Assembly (NCBI GenBank): GCA_023245895.1
Contig: JAHFJJ010000002.1
Location: 3,348 to 67,347, forward strand
Length of the DNA: 64,000 nucleotides
From: Candidatus Doudnabacteria bacterium
Lineage (GTDB): Bacteria > Patescibacteriota > Doudnabacteria > UBA920
Direction: 5' to 3'
The translations under genes were made by a program, and so were the position numbers. This document shows positions 8,122 through 17,732 of this stretch, piece after piece (positions within the stretch are counted from its first letter, which is position 1; every line of letters begins with the position of its first letter). The notes under the pieces are model-generated. The model was not told the origin of the DNA. It saw nothing but the letters and a program-made list of their open reading frames with translations, and did not search any database.

Positions 8122-8722
8122 GCTTTCTTGGATTAACTTTCAAAATTTCCTCTCTAAAATCCGCAATATCAAAATAGTGCGTGCAGGCCGGCGGCAGTTC
8201 TTTTGCCACATGGCCGGACCTGGAAAACGCAATAACAATTTTTCCCTGGCCTCTTAAAAATTTTGCCAGATATTCAAAATCACAATCGCCGGAAAATAAA
8301 ATAAAGGTATCAAAATTATCCAAGCTAAAAGTTGCGTCTACTGCTATCTCAACATCAAAATTTGCTTTGCGATGGGGCAGTTCAGGCGTATGGTCTTGGT
8401 ATTCTTTAAGTGGTTTGGTTTCTAGCTTAAATTTTAAACTTTTTTTGAGAAAATATAAAAATTTCGTGTGGGATTCGGTATTAAACGCGGCTGAATAAAA
8501 GCTAACTTTTTGGCAATCTCCGGAACTTTTAAAGAAAGTGTTGAATTTTTGATAATCTACATTCCATCGGAGCAGTCCTGACTCCATATGCTTTAGGCTG
8601 TCCGGAATATCTTTTGGATTTACCCACATATCCTGAACCGACCTTTCTAAGTTCGCGGCATCTATATAAACAACAACCCGGCCTTTAAGCACCTGTTTTA
8701 ATTTTTCTACGTAGGTGTTCAT
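8111..8722 (-). CDS. NYN domain (LabA/DUF88, PIN-like) protein
   Basis: VYIDAANL, KANFDVEIAVD, LFSGDCDF acidic motifs. Confidence 0.9.
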   Translation of the reverse strand: MNTYVEKLKQVLKGRVVVYIDAANLERSVQDMWVNPKDIPDSLKHMESGLLRWNVDYQKFNTFFKSSGDCQKVSFYSAAFNTESHTKFLYFLKKSLKFKLETKPLKEYQDHTPELPHRKANFDVEIAVDATFSLDNFDTFILFSGDCDFEYLAKFLRGQGKIVIAFSRSGHVAKELPPACTHYFDIADFREEILKVNPRKQRT

Positions 8723-8877
8723 AGTTTATTGCTTTTTTTGATGTTTCTTTGCTTGTTAATAAGCATTTTCGTGATGTAACGAAAATGCTTATTAGTAGAT
8801 GTCGCAAAGTTTATCAGCCATTTTAAGCACTTCTTTATAGTTTATTTTACTACTTTTTCTCCTTTTCTTCAATCAAA

Positions 8878-8908
8878 ATAAAAGACCCCAAACCGTTGGA
8901 GTCTTTTA
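8878..8908 (-). terminator. Intrinsic terminator after the VWA gene
   Basis: ATAAAAGACCCCAA-accg-TTGGAGTCTTTTAT. Confidence 0.6.
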
Positions 8909-8957
8909 TCTGGGATGCCTATACAACCAAGTCCGCGCCTGTCTGATGGGCAATATT

Positions 8958-11075
8958 CTAAATTTGCCTTCGCTTATCAATCTCCTTTCGCAAAAAACCT
9001 AACGCGTAGGGCAGGGCAGTAGCCGGTTTATCTGTGGAAAATGCAAAAATATTCTTGTTTTTATCTTTCAAAGGTTCAATATAGGAAGCGGTTACGGCCT
9101 CGGCTTCTTCCTGGTCATCGCCGTATCCGATTATTAAAAAAATAACCTGGCCGTCTTCCTCAATTTGCTGCATAACCGGGGCTATGCCCTCGCGGTTGCC
9201 TTGGCCGTCCGTAAACATAATAATTATTTTGATGACGTTATCTTTATTCAAGGCTAAAGCTTCGTGGACTTGCTTAACCGCGGCCACTTCGTCAGTACCG
9301 CCGCCGACTTGCGATAAGCGGTCTACAATCTTAATTTCTTTTTCGTCGCTCAAACGCTCTTCCAGCTTACTGACGCGCTCCGCCGCGGTTGAGTATTTAG
9401 TTACGCCGACCTGGAAAGGCTGCTCTTCGTCCGGGATAAGCAGGTTTTCCGCTTCCAGGTCTTTTAAAACCAGTTTGAAACTCTCCACAATAATAACGCC
9501 CATATCGGTGGACTTTTCAATCTTTTCGCCAAACATGGACTCCGAGGTGTCGTAGAGCAGTTCAAGCTGGGTTTGCAAAAATTGCGGATTGCGCACGAGC
9601 CTCATTTTGGTATCGGGGTCAAGCTCGCCGGTTAAAATTGCGGCTACGTGCTCATATTCCAAGCCCGGCACAATTTCGCCTTCGCGCTTGAGGTATTCAA
9701 TTTTTTTGCGTCTGTCGTCTAAAAATATTTCTGCCAAAACCGCGGCAGTAGACATAATTTCCGAAGGGTATTTTTCTTTGGTCCGCTCCCAGCTTTCTAT
9801 AGATTCCTGGCGGACTTGCATGCCTTCGGCCAGGCCTCTTTGGCGGCGCGCGCGGTCTAAGTCCCGCAAGGCTTCTGCCCGCGCCGCAAGCGCGTCCGCG
9901 CCGCGGTCGTCCTTAGGCGGGGCTACTGGAACTTTAGGCCCCTCTTTGCCCAGTATGCCCTCCAGTTCTTTCATTGCCTCGCCAAACTTTTCCCCATCCT
10001 CTTTGGAAGGCGCCTGGCTGGCATATTCTTTAGCTGCTTCTTCCAGTTCTTTGAGCAACTGGTTTTTTAGTTCTTCAATTTCTGCTTTGGTCAAAGGCAC
10101 GTCCGAAGTATCCCTGCCGGGCTTACCCGGCTTGCCGCCTTTGCCTTTTTGCCCTTCGCCTTTTTGTTTTTGCCGCTCTTCTTTTCGCTTCTCCAGCTCG
10201 GCAGTCATCAGCTTAAGGTACTCCGGCAGCCAGACTTGCTCGTAAGCCTGCATTTTACGCTCTAGACTGCGTTTTTGTTCGCCCTCTTTGGCAAAATAGG
10301 TGTAAGCCTGCCAATCCATGGTTGTGGACAGGGCTCGGCTGTCAATAATCCTGCGGAACGATTTATACACATCATCATCCAATTTTTTTCCAACCTCGGG
10401 GTCTTCATTAAAACGGTGCCTTAAAATAGACTGCAAAAGCTGTTGGGGTTTGGAATAATTTTTATATGTCTCCGGCGGCTTGTCCTCGGTATTAAGCGCG
10501 CGCACCGCGTTGCGGATTATAGTATAAGGCCGCCTGCCGGCAAAGGACTCCAGCCAAACATCAGCCACGGCATTATTGACATTGCCGTGAACCGCCCCTA
10601 AAAAGCGCTGTTCAGCGTTTGCGTCCCCTCTATATGCCTCGGGTATGGGCACATGTTTTAGGTTGCCAAGTAGCCTGTCCTGCAGTTCAGTAACTTCCGG
10701 AGCGTGGTGGAAAGCTTCGTGGTAAAAAAATCCTTTAGCCTCTGCTGGCTGCCAGGGCTCTACTCCAAATTCAGGCGCGCCGGTCGCGTGGATGGGATTA
10801 TAATAAATGGTTTTAGTGTTCAAGTTCGTATAACCGGACTTTAACACGCCTGTCTGGCGGAATTCCTGTTCAAGCGCCGGGTCCGGCCGGAACGAAAACC
10901 CGCCCGAAGCGCTGGAAAGCATTTTTAAATGCTCCGGGCTAATGACCTTTTCCATTTCCAAAGGCGGCCGTCCCGGTTTTTTTTCGCCCTTCCCATCCGG
11001 CGCGTCTGGAGGAAGCGGCGGTTGGTTTTGGCCCATTTCGTATTGTGCTGATTGCTTTTCGGATTTTTCGCTCAT
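8958..11075 (-). CDS. VWA domain protein with N-terminal HExxH metallopeptidase-like region (MoxR partner)
   Basis: FYHEAFHH, downstream NNAVADVWLE, low-complexity linker, C-terminal MIDAS LLYDTSESM...GGGT...MFTDG; TATAAT 5 nt upstream of ATG. Confidence 0.85.
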   Translation of the reverse strand: MSEKSEKQSAQYEMGQNQPPLPPDAPDGKGEKKPGRPPLEMEKVISPEHLKMLSSASGGFSFRPDPALEQEFRQTGVLKSGYTNLNTKTIYYNPIHATGAPEFGVEPWQPAEAKGFFYHEAFHHAPEVTELQDRLLGNLKHVPIPEAYRGDANAEQRFLGAVHGNVNNAVADVWLESFAGRRPYTIIRNAVRALNTEDKPPETYKNYSKPQQLLQSILRHRFNEDPEVGKKLDDDVYKSFRRIIDSRALSTTMDWQAYTYFAKEGEQKRSLERKMQAYEQVWLPEYLKLMTAELEKRKEERQKQKGEGQKGKGGKPGKPGRDTSDVPLTKAEIEELKNQLLKELEEAAKEYASQAPSKEDGEKFGEAMKELEGILGKEGPKVPVAPPKDDRGADALAARAEALRDLDRARRQRGLAEGMQVRQESIESWERTKEKYPSEIMSTAAVLAEIFLDDRRKKIEYLKREGEIVPGLEYEHVAAILTGELDPDTKMRLVRNPQFLQTQLELLYDTSESMFGEKIEKSTDMGVIIVESFKLVLKDLEAENLLIPDEEQPFQVGVTKYSTAAERVSKLEERLSDEKEIKIVDRLSQVGGGTDEVAAVKQVHEALALNKDNVIKIIIMFTDGQGNREGIAPVMQQIEEDGQVIFLIIGYGDDQEEAEAVTASYIEPLKDKNKNIFAFSTDKPATALPYALGFLRKEIDKRRQI

Positions 11076-11140
11076 ATGCTATTATACTTAAATTTTTTAA
11101 TTTTCGGTACTTCGTTAAGTTTACTATGTATATCTCATTT

Positions 11141-11947
11141 TTAAAACTTTTTTGATTCAGGGATTTTAGAAGCGGCAATGCCTTGGTCTCGTTCTGGCAT
11201 TACCAATTCCAAACCCTCATCACCTATTTTAATTTCTTGAGCGGCTAAAATTTTCAAGCTCCTTGCAAGTTTAATAAAATTAAACCAATCATCAGCGTCT
11301 CTATATTCCCCAAGTTTCCTCTTCATTTTTTTCCAGGTTTTTTGGTCCGGTTGACAGTCAATTGGTACGCTTAAAAGTTTAATACGCGCCGCGAATTCAA
11401 CATACTCTTCCAGGTTCGAGGTTCGCTTTTCTTCCAATTCCATTTTCATGCCTTCAATCACCCGCTTATCTATACCCAGTTCCGCATCGGGTTTGAACAA
11501 CTTTAAACTCCCCGCCTCATAAGCAAAGTTCCAAAATTTATTGGCTGAACGAAGCGCCTGATTTTTGGACCTTTTTATGCTTCTTACTCCTGCGGCTACG
11601 GCTTTTTTTATAATCTCCTGGTCTGCGCTTATTTTAAGCACCCTTAAACAAGCTAAAAAACCTACATTTTCATAGGAACCGAAATCGGTGGTGGATTTTT
11701 GTTTTAACATTGCTTCTAATCCCCGGCGCCAGCTGTCGGTTAATTGGAATTTAATATTGGGATCCAGAATTTTTAAACTTAGCATATGATCTACGCTACC
11801 TGAGCTTTGGGAAAATGATTGCATTGCCCGCCAGTCTTCCTGCGTGACTTCAGTAGCGGTGTCAAAAGTTCCCGCAGGCCTTTCCTGCTCAACGCTGAAA
11901 TTTTTTATATTCAGTTCTTCCGCCGGAATTCGCGTTTCAATAGCCAT
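11141..11947 (-). CDS. Array paralog 13 (268 aa, unknown function)
   Basis: MAIETRIPAEELNIK ... ILAAQEIKIGDEGLELVMP ... PESKKF. Confidence 0.85.
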   Translation of the reverse strand: MAIETRIPAEELNIKNFSVEQERPAGTFDTATEVTQEDWRAMQSFSQSSGSVDHMLSLKILDPNIKFQLTDSWRRGLEAMLKQKSTTDFGSYENVGFLACLRVLKISADQEIIKKAVAAGVRSIKRSKNQALRSANKFWNFAYEAGSLKLFKPDAELGIDKRVIEGMKMELEEKRTSNLEEYVEFAARIKLLSVPIDCQPDQKTWKKMKRKLGEYRDADDWFNFIKLARSLKILAAQEIKIGDEGLELVMPERDQGIAASKIPESKKF

Positions 11948-11951
11948 AAAA

Positions 11952-12815
11952 TTAAAACTTTTTTACTTCGGGCAGATCTTGGGTTTTAGCCCCAACTTTA
12001 GGCTCAGGCATTTTTATTTTTAAACCCGCTTCCGTAACCCTAACCTCCTCGGCCGCAAGAATACCTGCATCGGCAATAAGCACAACAGCCTCTCTTATAT
12101 TCCCGTCGCGCAGGTAATCGCTGATTGTCGTTCTAATCCCATCCCAGGCTTTGGCCGTTACCCTTATTTCTTTTAGTACATCGGGCGCGCCGACTTTTAA
12201 CAGCATTGCGTAATTAGTAAAATTAGCCCACTCCTCCGCCTGGCCGTAATCTTTTACAGACTGCACCATTTCCAAATCCGGGTCAAGGACTTCTTCCCGC
12301 AGGTCCAAAGGCATTTTATTTGGGTACAGTACTTTTAGCGCAATTTGTGTTTCAATTTGGTTCGCCGATGTGTCGAGGCTATTTTCTTTAGCCATTTCCC
12401 ATAAACCTTCGCCGTCTATGCCGTATTGGGAAAATTTGTCAGGCGCAAAAATTTTCAGGACAGCCGCATCCTGAACCGCATAGCCCAGTACGTCGACGTC
12501 GCATAATTCCCCATCGTCCACAAATCTAGCATAATTCTTCCAAAATTGTTTTTCCACAATTTCCTGGCATTTTTCGGCTACTTCTTTAATTTTTTCCGGG
12601 TTCATTTGCAGTAAAACGGTTAAAGCCCAGGCGGGGTAGTCTTCTGTTTCAGCATATTTTGAAGAATTATATTTTTCCAAATAATCTTTAATTTGCTTCC
12701 ACTCCTCTTCTTTGACATCGCGGATCGGATCAAATTCAACAGCCATCTCCAGCCTGTCAATGCTAAAATCCCTAATATTGAGTTCTTGGGTATTGATTCT
12801 TTCTCCGATGGCCAT
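11952..12815 (-). CDS. Array paralog 12 (287 aa)
   Basis: Start moved to MAIGERINTQELNIR; ends ILAAEEVRVTEAGLKIKMP ... PEVKKF. Confidence 0.85.
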   Translation of the reverse strand: MAIGERINTQELNIRDFSIDRLEMAVEFDPIRDVKEEEWKQIKDYLEKYNSSKYAETEDYPAWALTVLLQMNPEKIKEVAEKCQEIVEKQFWKNYARFVDDGELCDVDVLGYAVQDAAVLKIFAPDKFSQYGIDGEGLWEMAKENSLDTSANQIETQIALKVLYPNKMPLDLREEVLDPDLEMVQSVKDYGQAEEWANFTNYAMLLKVGAPDVLKEIRVTAKAWDGIRTTISDYLRDGNIREAVVLIADAGILAAEEVRVTEAGLKIKMPEPKVGAKTQDLPEVKKF

Positions 12816-12816
12816 A

Positions 12817-13659
12817 TTAAAAATTTTTAGTTTTAGGAACCGGGGGCGTTTCCAGGATTTTTGGTTTTGGCTTGCTTTGCAGGTGGAGTCCCGATTGGTT
12901 AATTTCAATTTGGTCTGCTGAAATAATCGCAAGTTCACACGCAAAATCCAACTGGTCTTCAGGCGGCATGCTATGAAACTTTGTTTTTATTTCTATCCAC
13001 TCGGTTTCGTCCACAGCCTGTAAGTCAAACTTGCCAGGCAAAATAACGCGCAGGACGGCCAGTTGGCTTACCAAACTCCGCCAGGACTTTTTAGAGCGGC
13101 TTAATTTAATTGAACCTTGCAACTCCGGCAAAAAGTCTTTGGCTAATTTTAGCTTGTTGTTAGGCGTTAGGATTTTTAGGTTTTTATAGACTTCCTGGGT
13201 CAGACTGCCTGAGCCGACGCCTGCACAAAATTCAATTGCTTTATTTCTCGCGGCTAGTGGCAGTAAAAAATCCGGCATAATTTTTTTAATGGAGTATGCC
13301 GCGCGGATGAGCGTATCGGTGGTAGCGGCAGTCTCCCCGTTGGAATTTTTTTCAACCAGATATTCCCAGGTTTTTTCCAGCCCTTCTCTTAATTTCGTCA
13401 TTTGACCAGAGGACAGCCTTTTTAAAGTTTCCGCCTTCAAGAAACATAAATTGCCTAAGTTTTTTAGACGGTGGGGAACAACACTGCCTGAGGCAAGCCA
13501 GGGTAAATCTTCGGCAGCTAAATTTTCAAAAACTTTCCACTCCCGCTCGTAAATATCTTTTTTCGGGTCAAAGCCCGCGGTGTTGCCGGCTTGCTCTCTC
13601 TCGATGCTCAAACCTTTAATATTTAATTCTTCCCTAGGAATTCTATATTCAATAGGCAT
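12817..13659 (-). CDS. Array paralog 11 (280 aa)
   Basis: MPIEYRIPREELNIK ... IISADQIEINQSGLHL ... PKTKNF. Confidence 0.85.
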   Translation of the reverse strand: MPIEYRIPREELNIKGLSIEREQAGNTAGFDPKKDIYEREWKVFENLAAEDLPWLASGSVVPHRLKNLGNLCFLKAETLKRLSSGQMTKLREGLEKTWEYLVEKNSNGETAATTDTLIRAAYSIKKIMPDFLLPLAARNKAIEFCAGVGSGSLTQEVYKNLKILTPNNKLKLAKDFLPELQGSIKLSRSKKSWRSLVSQLAVLRVILPGKFDLQAVDETEWIEIKTKFHSMPPEDQLDFACELAIISADQIEINQSGLHLQSKPKPKILETPPVPKTKNF

Positions 13660-13661
13660 AT

Positions 13662-14447
13662 TTAAAAGTTTTTAGTTTGCGGGACAGGTTGCGTGCTGGT
13701 GAGCGGCACTTGTTCTTCCGCCATAACCAATTCCAGCCCCTTGTCTGTAATTTTTACTTCTTTGGCGGCTAAAATTGACATGCTATAGGCAAGCATAAGG
13801 CTGTCAAGGTCCGTTTGGACTGTTTTTTGGAGGGTTGTTTTCATTGCTTTCCAGTCAGCTTTGCTTATTGCAGTCTTGGCAAATTCTTCCGGAAACAAAA
13901 TTTTTTCCCTGGCCGAGTAGGAAGCAAATAACCTGGGGGCGTGTAATTGTTTATCGGGCTCAAATTTCATATGCTGGAGCCACATACCGGCCTTTTCCGG
14001 AAACAGGATTTTCATATTTTTTGCCATTTCCCTGTAAGTTTGGTCCTTTTTAGCCAATCTTGTGTCGTGAAGCTTTTGAATAATCTTGCCTAAATAATTG
14101 TCCAGGTTTTTTGATTTAACCACTTCCGGCCATAATTGTTTAATGGTAGCGCCCAGTGAGGCAACGTCATACCATTGGTTTCGTCTTATGGCCTCGGAAA
14201 GGTCGCGGTCAGCCGCGTTTTTTTCTTGTTCCTGCGCGGGCAAAGCGCCGGGCTGCATGGTCCTAAGTCGGGCCAAGTAAGTATAGCCGCCTCTAGAAAG
14301 ACCATTAATAGCCAATTTAATTTTCCGCCATTGTTGCGGACTCAAATCCCGCGCGGGGTTAAACACCGCCCGGGTTTCCGCCCTATGCTCGGTGTGGAAG
14401 CTTTTAATATTCAAGTCTTGTTGTGGAATTCGTTGTTCTAAGGACAT
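13662..14447 (-). CDS. Array paralog 10 (261 aa)
   Basis: Start moved to MSLEQRIPQQDLNIK; ends ILAAKEVKITDKGLELVM ... PQTKNF. Confidence 0.85.
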   Translation of the reverse strand: MSLEQRIPQQDLNIKSFHTEHRAETRAVFNPARDLSPQQWRKIKLAINGLSRGGYTYLARLRTMQPGALPAQEQEKNAADRDLSEAIRRNQWYDVASLGATIKQLWPEVVKSKNLDNYLGKIIQKLHDTRLAKKDQTYREMAKNMKILFPEKAGMWLQHMKFEPDKQLHAPRLFASYSAREKILFPEEFAKTAISKADWKAMKTTLQKTVQTDLDSLMLAYSMSILAAKEVKITDKGLELVMAEEQVPLTSTQPVPQTKNF

Positions 14448-14448
14448 A

Positions 14449-15279
14449 TTAGAAGTTTTTAATTTGGGGGATTTCTGGAGCTTTTTGCATAGTATTTTTT
14501 TCAGGCATAACAATTTCCAGGCCGTTGTCGCCAATTTTTGCTTCTTTGGCGCCAAGAATGGTCATTTCTTTTAATTTATAGCACGTGTAATAAAAGTCCC
14601 CATGAATAAGGCTGGATTCAACTGACTGCTTAAAATTTTTTTTCATCTCTTTCCAGTCGCCTGGGCCTATAACCAAGGCGTCCGGATAGCTCATTTTTAA
14701 GCTGGCGGCATCATTCCTAATAAGCTCCCAATATTTTTCCCGCTTTGCCTTTTGTGTTTTAAAATCAGCTAATATAATGTCTTTTGGTACCATATATTCT
14801 GGAGTAACTTCATCCGGAAATAGGATTTTCAAATAACAGTAAGTACGGGGAGAAAAGTTGTTTCTGATAGGGTTTAATTTTATTTTTTGCCATAAAGGGG
14901 CTAGTTTGGCTGTTAGGTTTTCAGCAGCAAAAGTTTCGGGGTCCAGCCTCTTGAGTTCAGCGGCGTCGACAAAAGGGTCGGTAATACTTTGCCCGGGCTC
15001 TTCTGCCTTTAGCAAGTCTTTTGTAAATTTTGATATTATCCTTTGCCTGCAAACTTCAGCCATATCCGGGAACAGTTCAGGATTAATCCCTTTTAAGAAT
15101 GTTAAAGTTCCTATTGGCAGTGCTTGGCTGTCGGCTGTTAAAATAAACTCTCTTAACGCCTTCCATTGCTCGGGAGTAACCTCTTCCATGGGATTAAACT
15201 CGATATTTACTCCCCGCTGTTCCAGGCTGAACTCCCTGATATTCAGTTGTTCGGTATTTATCCGTTGGTCTAAGGACAT
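14449..15279 (-). CDS. Array paralog 9 (276 aa)
   Basis: Start moved to MSLDQRINTEQLNIR; ends ILGAKEAKIGDNGLEIVMP ... PQIKNF. Confidence 0.85.
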   Translation of the reverse strand: MSLDQRINTEQLNIREFSLEQRGVNIEFNPMEEVTPEQWKALREFILTADSQALPIGTLTFLKGINPELFPDMAEVCRQRIISKFTKDLLKAEEPGQSITDPFVDAAELKRLDPETFAAENLTAKLAPLWQKIKLNPIRNNFSPRTYCYLKILFPDEVTPEYMVPKDIILADFKTQKAKREKYWELIRNDAASLKMSYPDALVIGPGDWKEMKKNFKQSVESSLIHGDFYYTCYKLKEMTILGAKEAKIGDNGLEIVMPEKNTMQKAPEIPQIKNF

Positions 15280-15280
15280 A

Positions 15281-16093
15281 TTAAAAATTTTTAATTTTTG
15301 GCAGGGTTGATTTAGTTTCGGCTTCAAAAGCCGCGGGTCGGGTTATTTCCAAACCATTTTCGGTAATCTCTATTGCAGGGGCTGTGGCAATAAGCAAGTT
15401 AAAGGCATCTCCCACAAGTTCAGAAGGATGAGTTTTGTTTTTCTTTAGGTGTTTTTTCATTGCTTGGACAAATTCTGGCCCAAGCTCGGGCTTAAACCAA
15501 GGGTCAATAGTTCTAATACAGGCGCCATATTTAAAAATATCTGAAACCGAGGAGCCTGGCCTGGCTTTTAGAGCATCAAAGTCTTCCTTAAAAATTACAT
15601 CCGGCCCCGCATCTAAGTTGGGCAGGAAAATATAATCGTTTAATTGCAAACCGGTTATTTTCATATCGGCAAAAACTTGCATACTGTAGAAAGGGGCGTC
15701 GCTTTTCAGAAATTTATCTATTGAGTTAACTTCTTTCGCCGTAAAATTAAATTCATAGTTTATTGGCTTTAAAATTTTTAGTGCCGCTAGCGTATCGAAA
15801 AATTGATCCCAATGCTCTAACATCCTGCTTTCTCTCACTACCGCCATAGTTCTCTCTTCCCATTCAGGGTCGAAGTTAATTGCGATTGCCGGATTTAAGA
15901 GCTTTATTTTAGAAGCAATCCGGGCGGAGTCATCGGGCTTAAATTCTTTATTTTCCTCCATTACCTGCAAAAGATCGTCCCACTGCTCAGCACTAATATC
16001 CCGCTCTGGGTCAAAGCTCTCGTTATTCCACTCCTGAAAATTAAAGTCTTTAATATTTAGTTGTTCGGTATTTATTCGTTTGTCTAAGGACAT
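15281..16093 (-). CDS. Array paralog 8 (270 aa)
   Basis: MSLDKRINTEQLNIK ... IEITENGLEI ... PKIKNF. Confidence 0.85.
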   Translation of the reverse strand: MSLDKRINTEQLNIKDFNFQEWNNESFDPERDISAEQWDDLLQVMEENKEFKPDDSARIASKIKLLNPAIAINFDPEWEERTMAVVRESRMLEHWDQFFDTLAALKILKPINYEFNFTAKEVNSIDKFLKSDAPFYSMQVFADMKITGLQLNDYIFLPNLDAGPDVIFKEDFDALKARPGSSVSDIFKYGACIRTIDPWFKPELGPEFVQAMKKHLKKNKTHPSELVGDAFNLLIATAPAIEITENGLEITRPAAFEAETKSTLPKIKNF

Positions 16094-16094
16094 A

Positions 16095-16886
16095 TTAAAA
16101 AGTTTTAAATTGCGGGAGAGCGCCGGCAGGCTCAGCCAGCTCGCCCGAGGAAATGGTTAATTCCAGGCCATTGTCTGTTATTTTTATTTCCTCGGCCGAA
16201 ATTATGCCCATATAGTAGGCCAGTTTAATGGCCCTTAAATAATCACGGCTGTTTTGGCGCTTTTCAAAAAGAATTTGGAATTCGTATTTCATTTTTTTCC
16301 AGTTTTCTTTGGACACAGGGGCTTTTTTAAATTTTTCCGGCGCGACAATTTTTTGGCTGGCCTTAAAGCCGGCGTAGGTTTCGGCAAATTGGTATTCAGG
16401 TTCGGTATTAAGCTCTGGAATTTTAAATTTTTCTGCTTTGTCCGGAAACAGTATGGTTAATTCCCTGGCCATTTGTATCCTATTGACTTCGCCAAACTTT
16501 CCTTCCAAAGCCAGCGCCAGTTGGTCCAAATCACCTTCAAGGCCTATGGCTTTAAACTCTTTTGGATAAAGCTGCTTCATCGCAAGCGCTATTTTTGGCA
16601 CTGCCCGCCAGTTGTCTTTGGCCATCAAAGCCTCTAGTTCGTCGCTAACAACCGACTTGGTGGAAGGCTTGTCTACTATTTTGTATAAACAGCCCGGCCT
16701 TATAGTCCTTAGTTCCGCCAAAGCCGTCCAGGACAAATGGGTATTCATAAAACTTTCAATAATTTTCCATTGCTCGGGCGTAATATCCCTGTTTAAATTA
16801 AACTCCTGGGGTGCCTCCTGGACGCCAAGGTTTAGGTCCTTTATATTTAAATCTTCTGAATCTAATACGCGGTTTTCAATAGCCAT
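16095..16886 (-). CDS. Array paralog 7 (263 aa)
   Basis: MAIENRVLDSEDLNIK ... IISAEEIKITDNGLEL ... PQFKTF. Confidence 0.85.
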   Translation of the reverse strand: MAIENRVLDSEDLNIKDLNLGVQEAPQEFNLNRDITPEQWKIIESFMNTHLSWTALAELRTIRPGCLYKIVDKPSTKSVVSDELEALMAKDNWRAVPKIALAMKQLYPKEFKAIGLEGDLDQLALALEGKFGEVNRIQMARELTILFPDKAEKFKIPELNTEPEYQFAETYAGFKASQKIVAPEKFKKAPVSKENWKKMKYEFQILFEKRQNSRDYLRAIKLAYYMGIISAEEIKITDNGLELTISSGELAEPAGALPQFKTF

Positions 16887-16888
16887 AG

Positions 16889-17731
16889 TTAGAAATTTTT
16901 AATTTTCGGAATTGCCGGCGTTGCCTGGCTTATTTGGGCGTTGTTTGACAGCTCCATGCCGTGGTTTGTAAATTTCACCTCTTTGGCCGCCATAGTAGCC
17001 AGCCATTCGGCTAAGTTTATATACTGTAAACAGTCATGGCCGCTTTGGCAATTGTCTAATTTTTCAAAAAGTTGGGTTTTCATAGCTTCCCAGTTTTTTG
17101 CGGTAATTTTTACTTTCGCGAATTCTTCCGGAAACAAAATTTTCAACAGGGCCGCGCTTTTGCAAAACATATACCAATTGCCGCCTTTATTTTGCGCCAT
17201 ATCTTGTTTCAATAGCGAAACGTCGTTGTCCTTCAACAGGTCTTTTTCTTGGCCAGGGAAAAGAATTTTAAAATAAAGAACGTTGTCTAAATCTACTGTA
17301 CCCCGGCCTGTTATTTTAGGCTTCCTTAAGGCTTCGGCCATTCGTTCGCGATATTGCTCGGCCAATGCTTGCGAAAACCTTTCCGGAAATAAGGTTTTCA
17401 TTTCGGCAAAATTACCAAGCAAATTATCATAGCCCATTTCTCCCCGCTCGCAATGGCGTAAAATGGTTTTGGCGAATTTATCCATCTTCTGCCATTTTTT
17501 ATTGTCAGATTTTTCAAATAGTCTTTTTGGTTCAATCACCTGCAAACTTGCCAAATAAAGGTCAACATTTTCTTTTCGCGCAGACCGTTCCATTTTATCC
17601 CATTGCGCTTTGCTCAAATCCCTTACCGGATCAAAAGGTACATCCTTAGAAGACTCCGCCGAGGGCAACTGCTCCAGGTTTAACGAGCTAATATTCAATT
17701 CTGCCGGGTTAACCCGCTGTTCTATGGACAT
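16889..17731 (-). CDS. Array paralog 6 (280 aa)
   Basis: Start moved to MSIEQRVNPAELNIS; ends AAKEVKFTNHGMEL ... PKIKNF. Confidence 0.85.
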   Translation of the reverse strand: MSIEQRVNPAELNISSLNLEQLPSAESSKDVPFDPVRDLSKAQWDKMERSARKENVDLYLASLQVIEPKRLFEKSDNKKWQKMDKFAKTILRHCERGEMGYDNLLGNFAEMKTLFPERFSQALAEQYRERMAEALRKPKITGRGTVDLDNVLYFKILFPGQEKDLLKDNDVSLLKQDMAQNKGGNWYMFCKSAALLKILFPEEFAKVKITAKNWEAMKTQLFEKLDNCQSGHDCLQYINLAEWLATMAAKEVKFTNHGMELSNNAQISQATPAIPKIKNF

Positions 17732-17732
17732 A

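Noticed and set aside
9184-10245. Long antisense ORFs opposite the VWA gene and other genes
   Set aside because: Ser-rich shadow frames of the real genes; no motifs or initiation signals
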